From NCBI GenBank assembly GCA_019634415.1, contig JAHQVJ010000214.1:38-64037 (forward strand): DNA of 64,000 bases. The letters run 5' to 3'. Shown in pieces: positions 37,317 to 45,893 of this stretch. The position numbers were made by a program, and so were the translations under genes. Position 1 is the first letter of the stretch. Each line of letters begins with the position of its first letter. The notes under the pieces were generated by a model that was given only the letters and a program-made list of their open reading frames with translations, was not told where the DNA came from and did no database searches. The DNA is from Myxococcales bacterium. Its GTDB lineage: Bacteria > Myxococcota_A > UBA796 > GCA-2862545.

Positions 37317-38649
37317 TCGAGGAACGAGCCACCGTGCGGGTCTGCAGCCGGGCTCGGGCGCGGTACAGACCGTAGGTCTGCTCCGGGATGGGCAACGTGC
37401 CGGCCAGGATCGTGGGCTCGCAGCGGCGCACCAGGACGTGGCCGGAGTGCCTGCTCATCCACTCGATGGGCTGGGTGCCCCTGTCCGAGCCGCAGCGCGC
37501 GACCCAGCCCGGCAGGCGCTGATCGGGGCTGGCCTCGGGCTCCGTGGGGACCACGGCGATCCCCAGCGTGCGAGCGTCCATGCGCACGGCGAGGCACTGA
37601 GCGGCGCGCGCGACGCGGGGTCCCGCGCCGAGCCGGGTGGGCGTGGCGGTGGCCATGGGCGAGGCCTGGGTCGTGCACTGGCGATGCACTGCCGCCAGCA
37701 CCTGACCCAGGGTCAGGGGGGCATCGGGGCACAGGCGGTTGACCTGGCGCAGTCGGCGCTCCAGCGTGCGCTGCGTGGCCTCGGGGAGTCGCACGCCGAG
37801 CTCCGCCAGGCAGCGGTCGAGGCCTGCGCGATCGCCGCGATGCCAGGCCGCCTCGGCGATGGGCAGACGCCAGTCCGACAGCGGCGTGAGCACGTGGGCC
37901 GAGCGCAGCGCGTCGTCCACCGGCACGTCGTCCAGGAGTCGCCCGAGGTGGATCATGGCCTCTCCCCGCGGATCGTCTCGCGACGCCAGGAAGTCGGCGA
38001 GCACCTGCCAGGCGTCGGCGTCGTCGGGCCGTGCGGCGAGACGGGAGGCCAGCGTGGCGCTCACGTCCCTGTCGGTCCCGGACAGCGCCAGCGTGGGTCT
38101 GTGCCACTGCGCCAGCAGGCTGCTGGACAGCCTGCGTAGGTCGTCGGTGTCGGTCGGTGCCAGGAGCGCGGAGGGCAGGGGAGCGATGCCGAAGAGGCGT
38201 GGGTTGTAGGGGTGGGGAGCCAGCCCGTCGCCGCCGTCGGGAATCCACAACCCTGCCACTGGGTTTCGGCGGACCAGCTGGTTCAGCCGCTCCGCATCGG
38301 CAGTGCTCAGGGCGTCGTCGCCCAGGAGCGTGCCGTCCTCCGCCCAGCGTCGATCTCGGATCACGAGGTGGCCGTGGTGCCAGGTGTCTCGGCGCGGTTG
38401 GCCGGAGGGGTACCACAGCCACTCCGGGCCGTGGGACTCGCTCGTGGGCCGCGACGCGTACCATTGGTGGATCCCGTCGGCGTCCCAGCTCATCTGAGGC
38501 CCTCGTGGCCACCCCGCCTCGACGAAGCCGATCTGCAGCTGTGGCTCGTCCGAGCACACGAATCCCGTGAAGGGAGTCGCCGCGTCCAGCATGAGACGGG
38601 CGTCGTGTGCGGTGTGCAGGGTGTCCTCGTGGACCAGGGAGAGCTGCAT
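37303..38649 (-). CDS. hypothetical protein containing a TIGR02996-type motif
   Basis: I trimmed the 629-aa ORF to ATG 38649 (MQLSLVHED). It has an internal DDADAWQVLADFLASRDDPRGEAMIHLG (ADWL..GDPRGE-type signature). It begins 11 nt downstream of the DUF3224 gene's stop codon. Confidence 0.5.
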   Translation of the reverse strand: MQLSLVHEDTLHTAHDARLMLDAATPFTGFVCSDEPQLQIGFVEAGWPRGPQMSWDADGIHQWYASRPTSESHGPEWLWYPSGQPRRDTWHHGHLVIRDRRWAEDGTLLGDDALSTADAERLNQLVRRNPVAGLWIPDGGDGLAPHPYNPRLFGIAPLPSALLAPTDTDDLRRLSSSLLAQWHRPTLALSGTDRDVSATLASRLAARPDDADAWQVLADFLASRDDPRGEAMIHLGRLLDDVPVDDALRSAHVLTPLSDWRLPIAEAAWHRGDRAGLDRCLAELGVRLPEATQRTLERRLRQVNRLCPDAPLTLGQVLAAVHRQCTTQASPMATATPTRLGAGPRVARAAQCLAVRMDARTLGIAVVPTEPEASPDQRLPGWVARCGSDRGTQPIEWMSRHSGHVLVRRCEPTILAGTLPIPEQTYGLYRARARLQTRTVARSSITGR

Positions 38650-38660
38650 GTCGCTGGACA

Positions 38661-39041
38661 CTACTCCGGCAGGACGTACTCCAGCACATAGTTGTGCGTG
38701 CCGTCGCTGGCGATGTCGATCGTCATCTGGCCCGTGATGCCCTTCAGCGCGCCCGTTCCGGAGTCGGGCACGATGGCCACCGACAGCTCGCCTTCCCCTC
38801 GACGCATCAACCCGCGATGCACCAGCTCGAAGGTCCCCGTTCGGCCGGCCAGCCTGCCCCGGACCTGCTCTAGGGCGACGTAGGCCGCCGAGCCGCCGTC
38901 GTGGCGCGTCATGAGCATCTGCCCTTCGGCGGGACCGGTGAGGTCGCCGTGGAAGGTCTTGTCGATGTGCATGCGGCCGAACCCGCTGCCGCCTTCCTGG
39001 GGCGTGAGGGTGACGTCGAAGGTTCCGGCTGCGCGACCCAT
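38661..39041 (-). CDS. DUF3224-like protein
   Basis: It is 126 aa. GTFDVTLTPQE ... IDKTFHGDLTG ... GTGALKGITGQMTID matches my recollection of DUF3224. Confidence 0.55.
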   Translation of the reverse strand: MGRAAGTFDVTLTPQEGGSGFGRMHIDKTFHGDLTGPAEGQMLMTRHDGGSAAYVALEQVRGRLAGRTGTFELVHRGLMRRGEGELSVAIVPDSGTGALKGITGQMTIDIASDGTHNYVLEYVLPE

Positions 39042-39135
39042 GGTTCTCCTCCTGGAGGGTGTGGAAGTGTAGACCGTGTCTGTGTCTGCGTGCTTGGAGA
39101 TCCACGACAGTGGCGCTGGGGTGGCGATCTCTTAT

Positions 39136-39155
39136 ATAAACGGTCGTCCGTTTAT
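39136..39155. promoter_or_regulatory. palindrome ATAAACGG-TCGT-CCGTTTAT immediately upstream of the ABC operon RBS
   Basis: It has perfect 8-nt arms in an AT-rich patch (cttatATAAACGG...). It ends 2 nt before GGAGG (39158-62) and 11 nt before GTG 39167. Confidence 0.45.
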
Positions 39156-39166
39156 TTGGAGGCATC

Positions 39167-39844
39167 GTGATTCGACTGCGAGGAGTGAGCAAGCGCTACG
39201 CCCCGGAGGGGCCCTGCGTGCTGCGCCAGCTGGATCTGCAGGTGGCGCAGCGCGCCTACGTGTCGCTGACGGGGCCGTCGGGCAGCGGCAAGTCCACGCT
39301 GCTGAACCTGGTGGGCGGGCTGGACAGGCCCACGGAGGGCCGGCTCGAGGTGGCGGGTCAGGACCTGGGTGCGCTCGACGAGGACGGGCTGGCCCGGTTC
39401 CGCGGCACACACGTGGGCGTGGTCTTCCAGTTCTTCCAGCTGCTGCCTTCCCTGTCGCTGCTGGAGAACCTGCGCTTCGCCATGGACGTGGTGGGCGCGG
39501 TGCCTCGTGCGCAGCGCTCGGACCGGGCGCGGGCACTGCTGGGGGAGGTGGGGCTGGCGGATCTCGCGGATCGGCTTCCGTCCCAGGTGAGCGGCGGGCA
39601 GCAGCAGCGCGCCGCCATCGCGCGGGCCCTGGCCAACGAGCCGAGCCTGGTGGTGGCGGACGAGCCCACGGGCAACCTGGACTCGGCCTCGGCAGGGCGC
39701 GTCCTGGACGCCTTCGATGCGGTGGTGCAGCGGGGAGCGACCTTGGTGGTGGTCACGCACGATCCGGCGGTGGCGGCTCGTGCGGATCGCACGGTGCAGC
39801 TGGTGGACGGACGCGTGGTCACGGACGTGGGGGTGGTGTCGTGA
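39167..39844 (+). CDS. ABC transporter ATP-binding protein (MacB/LolD type)
   Basis: It starts at GTG 39167 after GGAGG. It has Walker A (GPSGSGKST), the signature (VSGGQQQR) and Walker B (LVVADEPT). Confidence 0.9.
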   Translation: MIRLRGVSKRYAPEGPCVLRQLDLQVAQRAYVSLTGPSGSGKSTLLNLVGGLDRPTEGRLEVAGQDLGALDEDGLARFRGTHVGVVFQFFQLLPSLSLLENLRFAMDVVGAVPRAQRSDRARALLGEVGLADLADRLPSQVSGGQQQRAAIARALANEPSLVVADEPTGNLDSASAGRVLDAFDAVVQRGATLVVVTHDPAVAARADRTVQLVDGRVVTDVGVVS

Positions 39845-42141
39845 GGGGGCTGCTGCTCAAGATCGTCGCGGATCTGCGGCATGCGCCAGGCCGTGCGGGG
39901 GTGCTGGTGGCGGCGGTGGCGGTGGCGACGGCGTGTCTGGGTGCGATGACGGTGGCGAGCGCGGTGCTGCGCCGCGAGGTGCCCCAGAGCTTCCTGGCGG
40001 CGGTGCCGCCGCACGTCGTGGTGACCACGGCTGCGCCCTTCCACACGGCGCAGCTGCCGGATCTGTCCCAGGTGCAGGGCGTGGCCGCGGTGACGACGCG
40101 TCGGTTGGTCCGCGGCCGCGTGCGGTCGCCGGATGGGTCCTGGCGACCGCTGCTGCTGTTCGTGGTGGAGGACTTCGACGACCTGCCGGTGTCACGGGTG
40201 GTGCCCGACACGGGTGCGTGGCCTCCACCCGAGGGAACGCTGGCGCTGGAGCGATCGGCGCTGCCGGTGGTGGGCTCGGCGGACTCGCTGCACGTGCGGG
40301 CCGTTGGCCTGGACGCCCACGTCCGCGTGTCGGGAACGGTGCACGACGGCTCTGTCGCGCCAGCGTGGCAGGACGACAACGCGCCGGTGTTCGTGACGAC
40401 ACGGACGGCACGGGCGTGGGGGCTCGGCGCAGGGCTCGACGAGGTGCGCCTGCTACTCCACGACGATGCAGTTCCGGCCGAGGTGTCGGCTGGTGTCGTG
40501 GGCGCGCTTCGGGACTCGGGGATCGATGTGCTGCGCGTGGAGGCGCCGCTGCGGCGCCATCCACACCAGGATCACGTGGACGCGCTGTTGGCCTTGGTGA
40601 GCGTGTTCGGTGCGGTGGCGTTGGTGCTGGCGGCGCTGCTCACGGCCAACCTGGCGGCGTCGCGGGTGGCGCTGCACCGTCGCGAGGTGGCGGTGATGAA
40701 GTCGCTGGGCGCGCGCAGCTGGCAGGTGGCGGTGGTGCTGCTGGGCTTCGTGGCGCTCCCCGCGGCGATTGGCGTGCTGCTGGGGGTGGGTCCTGCGCTG
40801 GCGCTGGGGCGTGCCTTCGCCGGCATGGCCGCGGAGCAGCTCAACCTGGGGGATCCGTCCCTGGCCCCGCCGGGGAGCGTGGTGTTGGCGGCGCTGTCGA
40901 TCTGTTGGGGGGTCCCGGTGGCGGCCGCGGGGCCCCCGCTGTGGCGTGCCGTTCGGGCGTCCGTGGCGGAGGGCCTGCGACCGGCGGTGGCCTCCGCTCG
41001 GATCCGCGGCTGGCCGCGCTCGCCCCGCGCGGCCCTGGCCCTGCGCTCCCTGCTGGCGCGCCCGGCGCGCGTGCTGGGGACCGTGGTGTGCCTGGCGGTG
41101 GGTGGTGCTGCGCTGATGACCACCGTCAACGTGCAGCGGAGCCTCGAGGCGGTGGTGCAGGCTGAGGTGGCGAAGCGTGCGGACGACGTGGAGGTCCGCC
41201 TGCAGCGACCTGCGGATCCGGCTGCGATGGTGGCAGTGGCGCTCGGGGAGGGGGCTGCGAGCGCAGCTCCCTGGGGCCTGGCCCTGGCCAGCGTGGTGCG
41301 CGCCGACGGCACGGCCACCTCGCGCGTGGCGGTGCAGTCGCCGCCCGCGGGGTTCGCGCCGCCCCAGGTGGTGCGCGGACGCTGGCTGCGCTCGAGTGAA
41401 GAGGCCGTGGTGAACCGCGTGCTGGTGAGCCGCCACCCCGAGGTGGCCCTGGGGCGCACCCTGGTGCTTCGAGCGCCGGCGGGGCGGCGACGGGTGAGGG
41501 TGGTGGGCGTGGTGGACGAGGTGGCCCCTCCCGGGCTGTACACGGGGCCTGCGGTGGTGGCGGCGTTGACCGGTGACGCCGAGCGCATGGCCGCGATGCG
41601 GCTGGTGGCCGGTGCCACGGAGCCGAGCCGGCTGGCGACGGCGGTGGAGCAGGCGCTGGTGCAGGCTGGCTTCTTCCCGCTGCTGGTGATGGACGTGCGG
41701 CAGCTCGGGAACGCCATCGCCGAGCACCTGGGGATCCTGCTGGCGGTGCTGGGGGCGCTGTCGCTGGGCAGCGTGGCCGTGGGCGGGTTGTCGCTGGCCA
41801 CGATGTTGTCGGCGAGCGTGCTGGAGCGCACCCGCGAGATCGGCATCGTGAAGGCGGTGGGAGGCACCTCGGGCACGGTGGCGGGGCTCGTCGTGGCGGA
41901 GGGCGCGACGGTGGCTGGGATCGCCTGGGTGGCCAGCGTGGCGCTGATGGTGCCGCTGTCGGCGCTGGTGGTTCGGGTGCTGTCGGAGCACGGGCTGAAC
42001 GTGACGGTGCCGCTGGTGATGGATCCGACGGCGCCTGTGGTGTGGGCGGTTGCACTGGTGCTGGTGGGTGCGGTGGCGGTGTGGCTGCCGGCTCGTCGCG
42101 CCGTGCGACAACCGGTGCACGAGGGGATGCGGCTCGAATAG
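39841..42141 (+). CDS. ABC transporter permease with two FtsX-type modules
   Basis: GTG 39841 overlaps the ATPase TGA (GTGA). It has two FtsX motifs (VAVMKSLGARSWQV and IGIVKAVGGTSGTV), each followed by TM helices. It is about 766 aa. Confidence 0.8.
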   Translation: MRGLLLKIVADLRHAPGRAGVLVAAVAVATACLGAMTVASAVLRREVPQSFLAAVPPHVVVTTAAPFHTAQLPDLSQVQGVAAVTTRRLVRGRVRSPDGSWRPLLLFVVEDFDDLPVSRVVPDTGAWPPPEGTLALERSALPVVGSADSLHVRAVGLDAHVRVSGTVHDGSVAPAWQDDNAPVFVTTRTARAWGLGAGLDEVRLLLHDDAVPAEVSAGVVGALRDSGIDVLRVEAPLRRHPHQDHVDALLALVSVFGAVALVLAALLTANLAASRVALHRREVAVMKSLGARSWQVAVVLLGFVALPAAIGVLLGVGPALALGRAFAGMAAEQLNLGDPSLAPPGSVVLAALSICWGVPVAAAGPPLWRAVRASVAEGLRPAVASARIRGWPRSPRAALALRSLLARPARVLGTVVCLAVGGAALMTTVNVQRSLEAVVQAEVAKRADDVEVRLQRPADPAAMVAVALGEGAASAAPWGLALASVVRADGTATSRVAVQSPPAGFAPPQVVRGRWLRSSEEAVVNRVLVSRHPEVALGRTLVLRAPAGRRRVRVVGVVDEVAPPGLYTGPAVVAALTGDAERMAAMRLVAGATEPSRLATAVEQALVQAGFFPLLVMDVRQLGNAIAEHLGILLAVLGALSLGSVAVGGLSLATMLSASVLERTREIGIVKAVGGTSGTVAGLVVAEGATVAGIAWVASVALMVPLSALVVRVLSEHGLNVTVPLVMDPTAPVVWAVALVLVGAVAVWLPARRAVRQPVHEGMRLE

Positions 42142-42159
42142 GGGGAGGTCGGAGGCGGT

Positions 42160-42753
42160 GTGGGCCGAACCAAGACGGTGTCCGACGACGAGGTGGTGCG
42201 GCGGGTTCGCGCCCTCTTCCTGCGGCGCGGTCACGACCTGTCGGTGCGGGAGCTGGCGGCCGAGGTGGGGCTGTCCACGGCCACGCTCTACCAGCGCTTC
42301 GGCAGCAAGGACGACCTGTTCTTCCAGGCTCTGGCGCCTTCTGGGCCCGACACCTCGGGGTGGCCCGATCCCGAGGAGGCCACCTCGGGGCTCGTGCACC
42401 TCGGGCAGCTGTGCGAGGCGGTGGCGTCGTGGCTCGACGAGACGCTGCCCAACGTGTTGCGGCTGATGGCTCACCCCGCGGCCTCGGAGCGGCTGCTCTC
42501 GGGACACCACCTGAGCCTGCATCAGCAGCTGGTGGCACAGGTGTCGCAGCGCCTCGAGCGGCTGGCGGAGCGCGGGCTGCTGGAGGTGCACGGCGATCTG
42601 TCGCTGACGGCTCGGCTCCTGGTGTCGGTGGCCCACGACGCAGCGGTGGCGCATGCGCTGCTGGGCGAGGGGGCGGGGCGGGACACCCGGGAGCTGTCGC
42701 GCCGCGTGGAGCTGGTGTGGCGCGGGCTCGCCCCCGGATCCGGAGGGGGGTGA
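42160..42753 (+). CDS. TetR/AcrR-family transcriptional regulator
   Basis: It has an N-terminal HTH (LSVRELAAEVGLSTATLYQRFGSKDDLF). It lies 18 nt after the permease. Confidence 0.85.
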   Translation: MGRTKTVSDDEVVRRVRALFLRRGHDLSVRELAAEVGLSTATLYQRFGSKDDLFFQALAPSGPDTSGWPDPEEATSGLVHLGQLCEAVASWLDETLPNVLRLMAHPAASERLLSGHHLSLHQQLVAQVSQRLERLAERGLLEVHGDLSLTARLLVSVAHDAAVAHALLGEGAGRDTRELSRRVELVWRGLAPGSGGG

Positions 42754-43574
42754 TGGCGGAGGAGCGCCCGACGATGCCGGAGCCGCGAGGGGCGGTGCTG
42801 GATGGGCGAGCGGCACAGCGGGCGCTGCGGGTTCGTCGGCTGGCCCCCGATCCGTCGCTGGCCCCCTTCGTGCGGCACTACTGGCTGATCGACTGGGACC
42901 TCGGAGCGCCCCACACCCAGTCCGTGCTGCCGGTGCCGGCGGCGAATCTGGTGTTCGAGGCCGACGTCCTCGTGCTCAGCGGGGTGCAGACCCGGCGCTT
43001 CGACCGCACCTTGGACGGGCGCGGGTCGGTGGTGGGGGTGCTGTTCGAGCCGGGCGGGCTGTATGCGTTCTGGCCTCGGCCGATGATCGCGCTGCGCGAC
43101 GTGACCGAGGACGCCTCGGCGCGGCTGGGGCTCGTGGCCACCGACGCCCACGAGGCGCTGCGCACGGCCGACGACGACGAGGCGCGGGCGCGTTGGCTCG
43201 ACGACTGCCTAAGGGCGCTGCACCCCGCCCCCTACGACGCCATGGACGAGGTGAACGGCTGGATGGCGCTGGCGGCGGAGCGCGCCGAGCTGCTTCGCGC
43301 GGATGCATGGGCGAAGGCAGCGGGATGCTCCCTGCGCACGCTGCAGCGACGGCTGCGGCGGTACGTGGGCGTGTCTCCCAAGGCGGTGCTGCGCCGGCAT
43401 CGGCTGCAGGAGGCGGCGGCGCGCCTGGCAGCGGGAGCGCGCATCGATCAGGCGCAGCTCGCGCTGTCGCTGGGGTACTTCGATCAGGCGCACTTCGTGC
43501 GCGACTTCCACGATGCGGTGGGCGTGCCCCCCGCAGCCTACGGAGCGCGCCAGGAAGAGCGCTCGGGCGGGTAG
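42753..43574 (+). CDS. AraC-family transcriptional regulator
   Basis: ATG 42753 overlaps the TetR stop (TGATG). It has a C-terminal AraC HTH pair (AGCSLRTLQRRLRRYVGVSPKAVLRRHRLQEA ... LGYFDQAHFVRDF). Confidence 0.8.
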   Translation: MAEERPTMPEPRGAVLDGRAAQRALRVRRLAPDPSLAPFVRHYWLIDWDLGAPHTQSVLPVPAANLVFEADVLVLSGVQTRRFDRTLDGRGSVVGVLFEPGGLYAFWPRPMIALRDVTEDASARLGLVATDAHEALRTADDDEARARWLDDCLRALHPAPYDAMDEVNGWMALAAERAELLRADAWAKAAGCSLRTLQRRLRRYVGVSPKAVLRRHRLQEAAARLAAGARIDQAQLALSLGYFDQAHFVRDFHDAVGVPPAAYGARQEERSGG

Positions 43575-43930
43575 CACAGGCTCTTGGAGCAGGCCTGCAG
43601 CTCGATCTCGCCAGCGTGGGCCGCGGTCTTCGCCTCGATGCGCACGGTGCCCTCGAGCCAGTACGACGCCGGCAGCTCCGGGTCCACCACCACCCGGCGT
43701 CCCTTGGGCACGCGTGCGGGCACGGGCTCGCCGTTCACCGTGACCTGCGGCGGCATCCCGTGGGGCTCCTTGCTGCCGTAGACGTGCAGGCCGCAGGGCA
43801 CCTCGATCTTCAACACCACGCGCTCGTGGTGGCGCTCGGCGGTGATCTGTAGATCGTCGGGGGTGTGGTCGTGCAGGCAGGCCTGTCCGGGGGGCCCGGC
43901 CGCCGCGAGGGCAGCCCACAGCAGCGTCAT
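43538..43930 (-). CDS. small secreted protein, DsbD N-terminal-like (thiol:disulfide interchange domain)
   Basis: I trimmed the start to ATG 43930 after AGGAGGA (MTLLWAALAAAG signal). It has LKIEVPCGLHVYG and a C-terminal LQACSKSLCYPPE resembling the DsbD-N/DsbC-type domain. Confidence 0.45.
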   Translation of the reverse strand: MTLLWAALAAAGPPGQACLHDHTPDDLQITAERHHERVVLKIEVPCGLHVYGSKEPHGMPPQVTVNGEPVPARVPKGRRVVVDPELPASYWLEGTVRIEAKTAAHAGEIELQACSKSLCYPPERSSWRAP

Positions 43931-44003
43931 CGTGTGTCCTCCTGGGACCGAGGTCCCACTAGCCTGTCGACCGTTACGTGGGGTGGGTGGCGCGGGAGGG
44001 CGG

Positions 44004-44747
44004 GTGGACGACGCTGAGCGGTCGCTGGTGGAGCGGATCCGCGCCGAGCCCCTGGAGGCTGCTCCTCGGCAAGTGTACGCCGACTGGCTCGACACGCAGG
44101 GGGATGCGCGGGCAGCGCTGGTGCGCGCGGATCTGGACTTCGCGGCGGGCCGTGAGCCCGACGCGGCTTGGGAGGTGCTCGCGCGTGCGGTGCACACGAC
44201 GGATCTGCAGTGGATGAGGTGGGCGCTCCATCGCTACGAGGTGATCCTCGAGGCCTACGACCCAGGGTTGAAGCTCAACGCGATCAAGGAGATCCGGCGG
44301 CTCACGGGCGTGGGGCTGAAGGAGGCCAAGGAGGCGTCGGAGTCGTTGCCGAGCACGTTGTTCGGGGGCCTCGACGCCGCGCGCGGGGCGGCTGTCCAGG
44401 GACTGTTCGAGCGCCTGCGGCACCCGACTCTTCTCACCGGCGACGTTCGGCTCGTCCTGTCCCCCTCCATGCAGCGAGCAGACGCAGCGATCTACTCGGG
44501 TCGCTGGTGCGCGGAGCTCTCCGGATCCGGTGCTGATTCGTGGGACGAGCTGTGGTCCCATCCCGACGTGGCCGTGCGCGGTGTGATGGACAGCTTGCCG
44601 GAGCATGCGCGGTTCGGGCTTCCCTGCGGGGAGGCCATCGTGGTGCGCGAGCGGCTCTGCCGTGTCGTTCCACGCGAGGTGCGGGTCAGCCTCGCGCCCC
44701 TGCATCCCAGGCCAGCGTCTCCGTCTGAGAGCCGTCGTCGTGGGTGA
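44004..44747 (+). CDS. TIGR02996 domain fused to a ribosomal protein L7/L12 C-terminal-like domain
   Basis: I chose GTG 44004 after GGGAGGG, because the track ORF start overlaps the upstream gene. The N-terminus is LVERIRAEPLEAAPRQVYADWLDTQGDARAALV. Residues encoded at about 44232-44425 (YEVILEAYDPGLKLNAIKEIRRLTGVGLKEAKEASESLPSTL) align closely with E. coli L7/L12 ([41 protein letters not shown]). Confidence 0.65.
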   Translation: MDDAERSLVERIRAEPLEAAPRQVYADWLDTQGDARAALVRADLDFAAGREPDAAWEVLARAVHTTDLQWMRWALHRYEVILEAYDPGLKLNAIKEIRRLTGVGLKEAKEASESLPSTLFGGLDAARGAAVQGLFERLRHPTLLTGDVRLVLSPSMQRADAAIYSGRWCAELSGSGADSWDELWSHPDVAVRGVMDSLPEHARFGLPCGEAIVVRERLCRVVPREVRVSLAPLHPRPASPSESRRRG

Positions 44748-45198
44748 CGATGCCCTCGGGCTGCATGCCCACCTTCAGCAGCACCCGGCGCGAGGCCAGG
44801 TTCTGGGGGGCGATGGTGGCGATGATGCGCGTCAGGCCGAAGGTGGTGGTGCCGTACTGCAGCAAGGCGGCGGCGGCCTCGGTGGCCAGGCCCTGCCCCC
44901 ACACCTCGCGCCGTAGCGCGTACTTCAGCTCGGCGTCGGGCTGGCTGCCGGGGTGCACGAGCCCCATGAAGCCGCACACCCCGGGCGTGTGGCGTAGCTC
45001 CAGCGCGAACATGCCGTAGCCCCGGGTGGCGTAGTTGCGCAGGGTGATCTCGATCCAGCGTCCACAGTCCTCGAAGGGGATGGGCTGGCCGTCGTCCACC
45101 CAGCGCATGGCCTCGGCGTCGCCGTACACGGTGAACAAGGCATCGACGTCGCCGTCGGTGAGGCGCCGGATGGTGAGTCGTTCGGTCTGCAGGATCAT
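44686..45198 (-). CDS. GNAT N-acetyltransferase, RimJ/RimL-like
   Basis: I trimmed the start to ATG 45198 (MILQTERLTIRRLT, the TERL.LR N-terminal signature). It has an acetyl-CoA motif region (REVWGQGLATEAAAALL). It lies 10 nt downstream of the hydroxylase gene. Confidence 0.75.
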   Translation of the reverse strand: MILQTERLTIRRLTDGDVDALFTVYGDAEAMRWVDDGQPIPFEDCGRWIEITLRNYATRGYGMFALELRHTPGVCGFMGLVHPGSQPDAELKYALRREVWGQGLATEAAAALLQYGTTTFGLTRIIATIAPQNLASRRVLLKVGMQPEGIVTHDDGSQTETLAWDAGARG

Positions 45199-45208
45199 GC
45201 CGCCCACC

Positions 45209-45868
45209 CTACCCAGGCTGGACCCAGCGTCGACCCAGCTCTGCCTCCACGCTGCACAGCGACAGGAACAACTCGCGCTGATCCTCGAGGGCCTCGACCT
45301 GCTCGATGGCGCGCCGCAGCGTGGCCATGAGCTCGCGGTCGCGAGGCTCGCGGAACATGCTCTGCACCCAGCCGATGGCCGCCAGGCGCTGCCCGCGAGT
45401 GATGGGCTGCACTCGGTGCAGGGCGGCGGAGTCGTAGAAGACGGCGCTGCCGGCAGCCAGCTTGAAGACCCGCTCGCCGTCCGGCGTGCGCACCACCAGC
45501 TCGCCGCCGTCGTAATTGTCGGGCTCCGACAGGAACAGGGTGTAGGAGATGTCGGCGCGGATGCCGGACTGGATGGGGTTGTCGGTGTGCCAGTCGTAGC
45601 CGTCGCCCACCTCGTAGCGGTTGATGACGGGCGCCAGCGCACGGCCCGGACGCACCCGAACCGACACCTCGGGGTGCGTCATCATGCGATCCAGCAGCTC
45701 CTTGCGCCCCTCGTCGAAGGTGTCTGCGCGGAGCTGGCCGTTGCGCTTGCTGGTCTGGCCGAAGCGACCGGCGGTCTGCCGACCTTCGTCGAAAGGCAGG
45801 GTGAGCACGGCTTGTCGACACTGCTGGGCCTCGGCCGAGGAGAGCAGGTCATCGACGACCAAGAACAT
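45209..45868 (-). CDS. Fe(II)/2-oxoglutarate-dependent PKHD-type hydroxylase (PiuC/YbiX-like)
   Basis: It starts at ATG 45868 after GGAGG (MFLVVDDLLS). It has an HxD...H facial triad context (YDWHTDN ... SAALHRVQPITRGQR). Confidence 0.75.
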   Translation of the reverse strand: MFLVVDDLLSSAEAQQCRQAVLTLPFDEGRQTAGRFGQTSKRNGQLRADTFDEGRKELLDRMMTHPEVSVRVRPGRALAPVINRYEVGDGYDWHTDNPIQSGIRADISYTLFLSEPDNYDGGELVVRTPDGERVFKLAAGSAVFYDSAALHRVQPITRGQRLAAIGWVQSMFREPRDRELMATLRRAIEQVEALEDQRELFLSLCSVEAELGRRWVQPG

Positions 45869-45893
45869 CTGGACCTCCACGGAGCGAGGAACG

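Noticed and set aside
40453-42816. 787-aa, 533-aa and 470-aa minus-strand ORFs
   Set aside because: They are antisense to the FtsX permease/TetR genes, which have clear motifs and coupled junctions.
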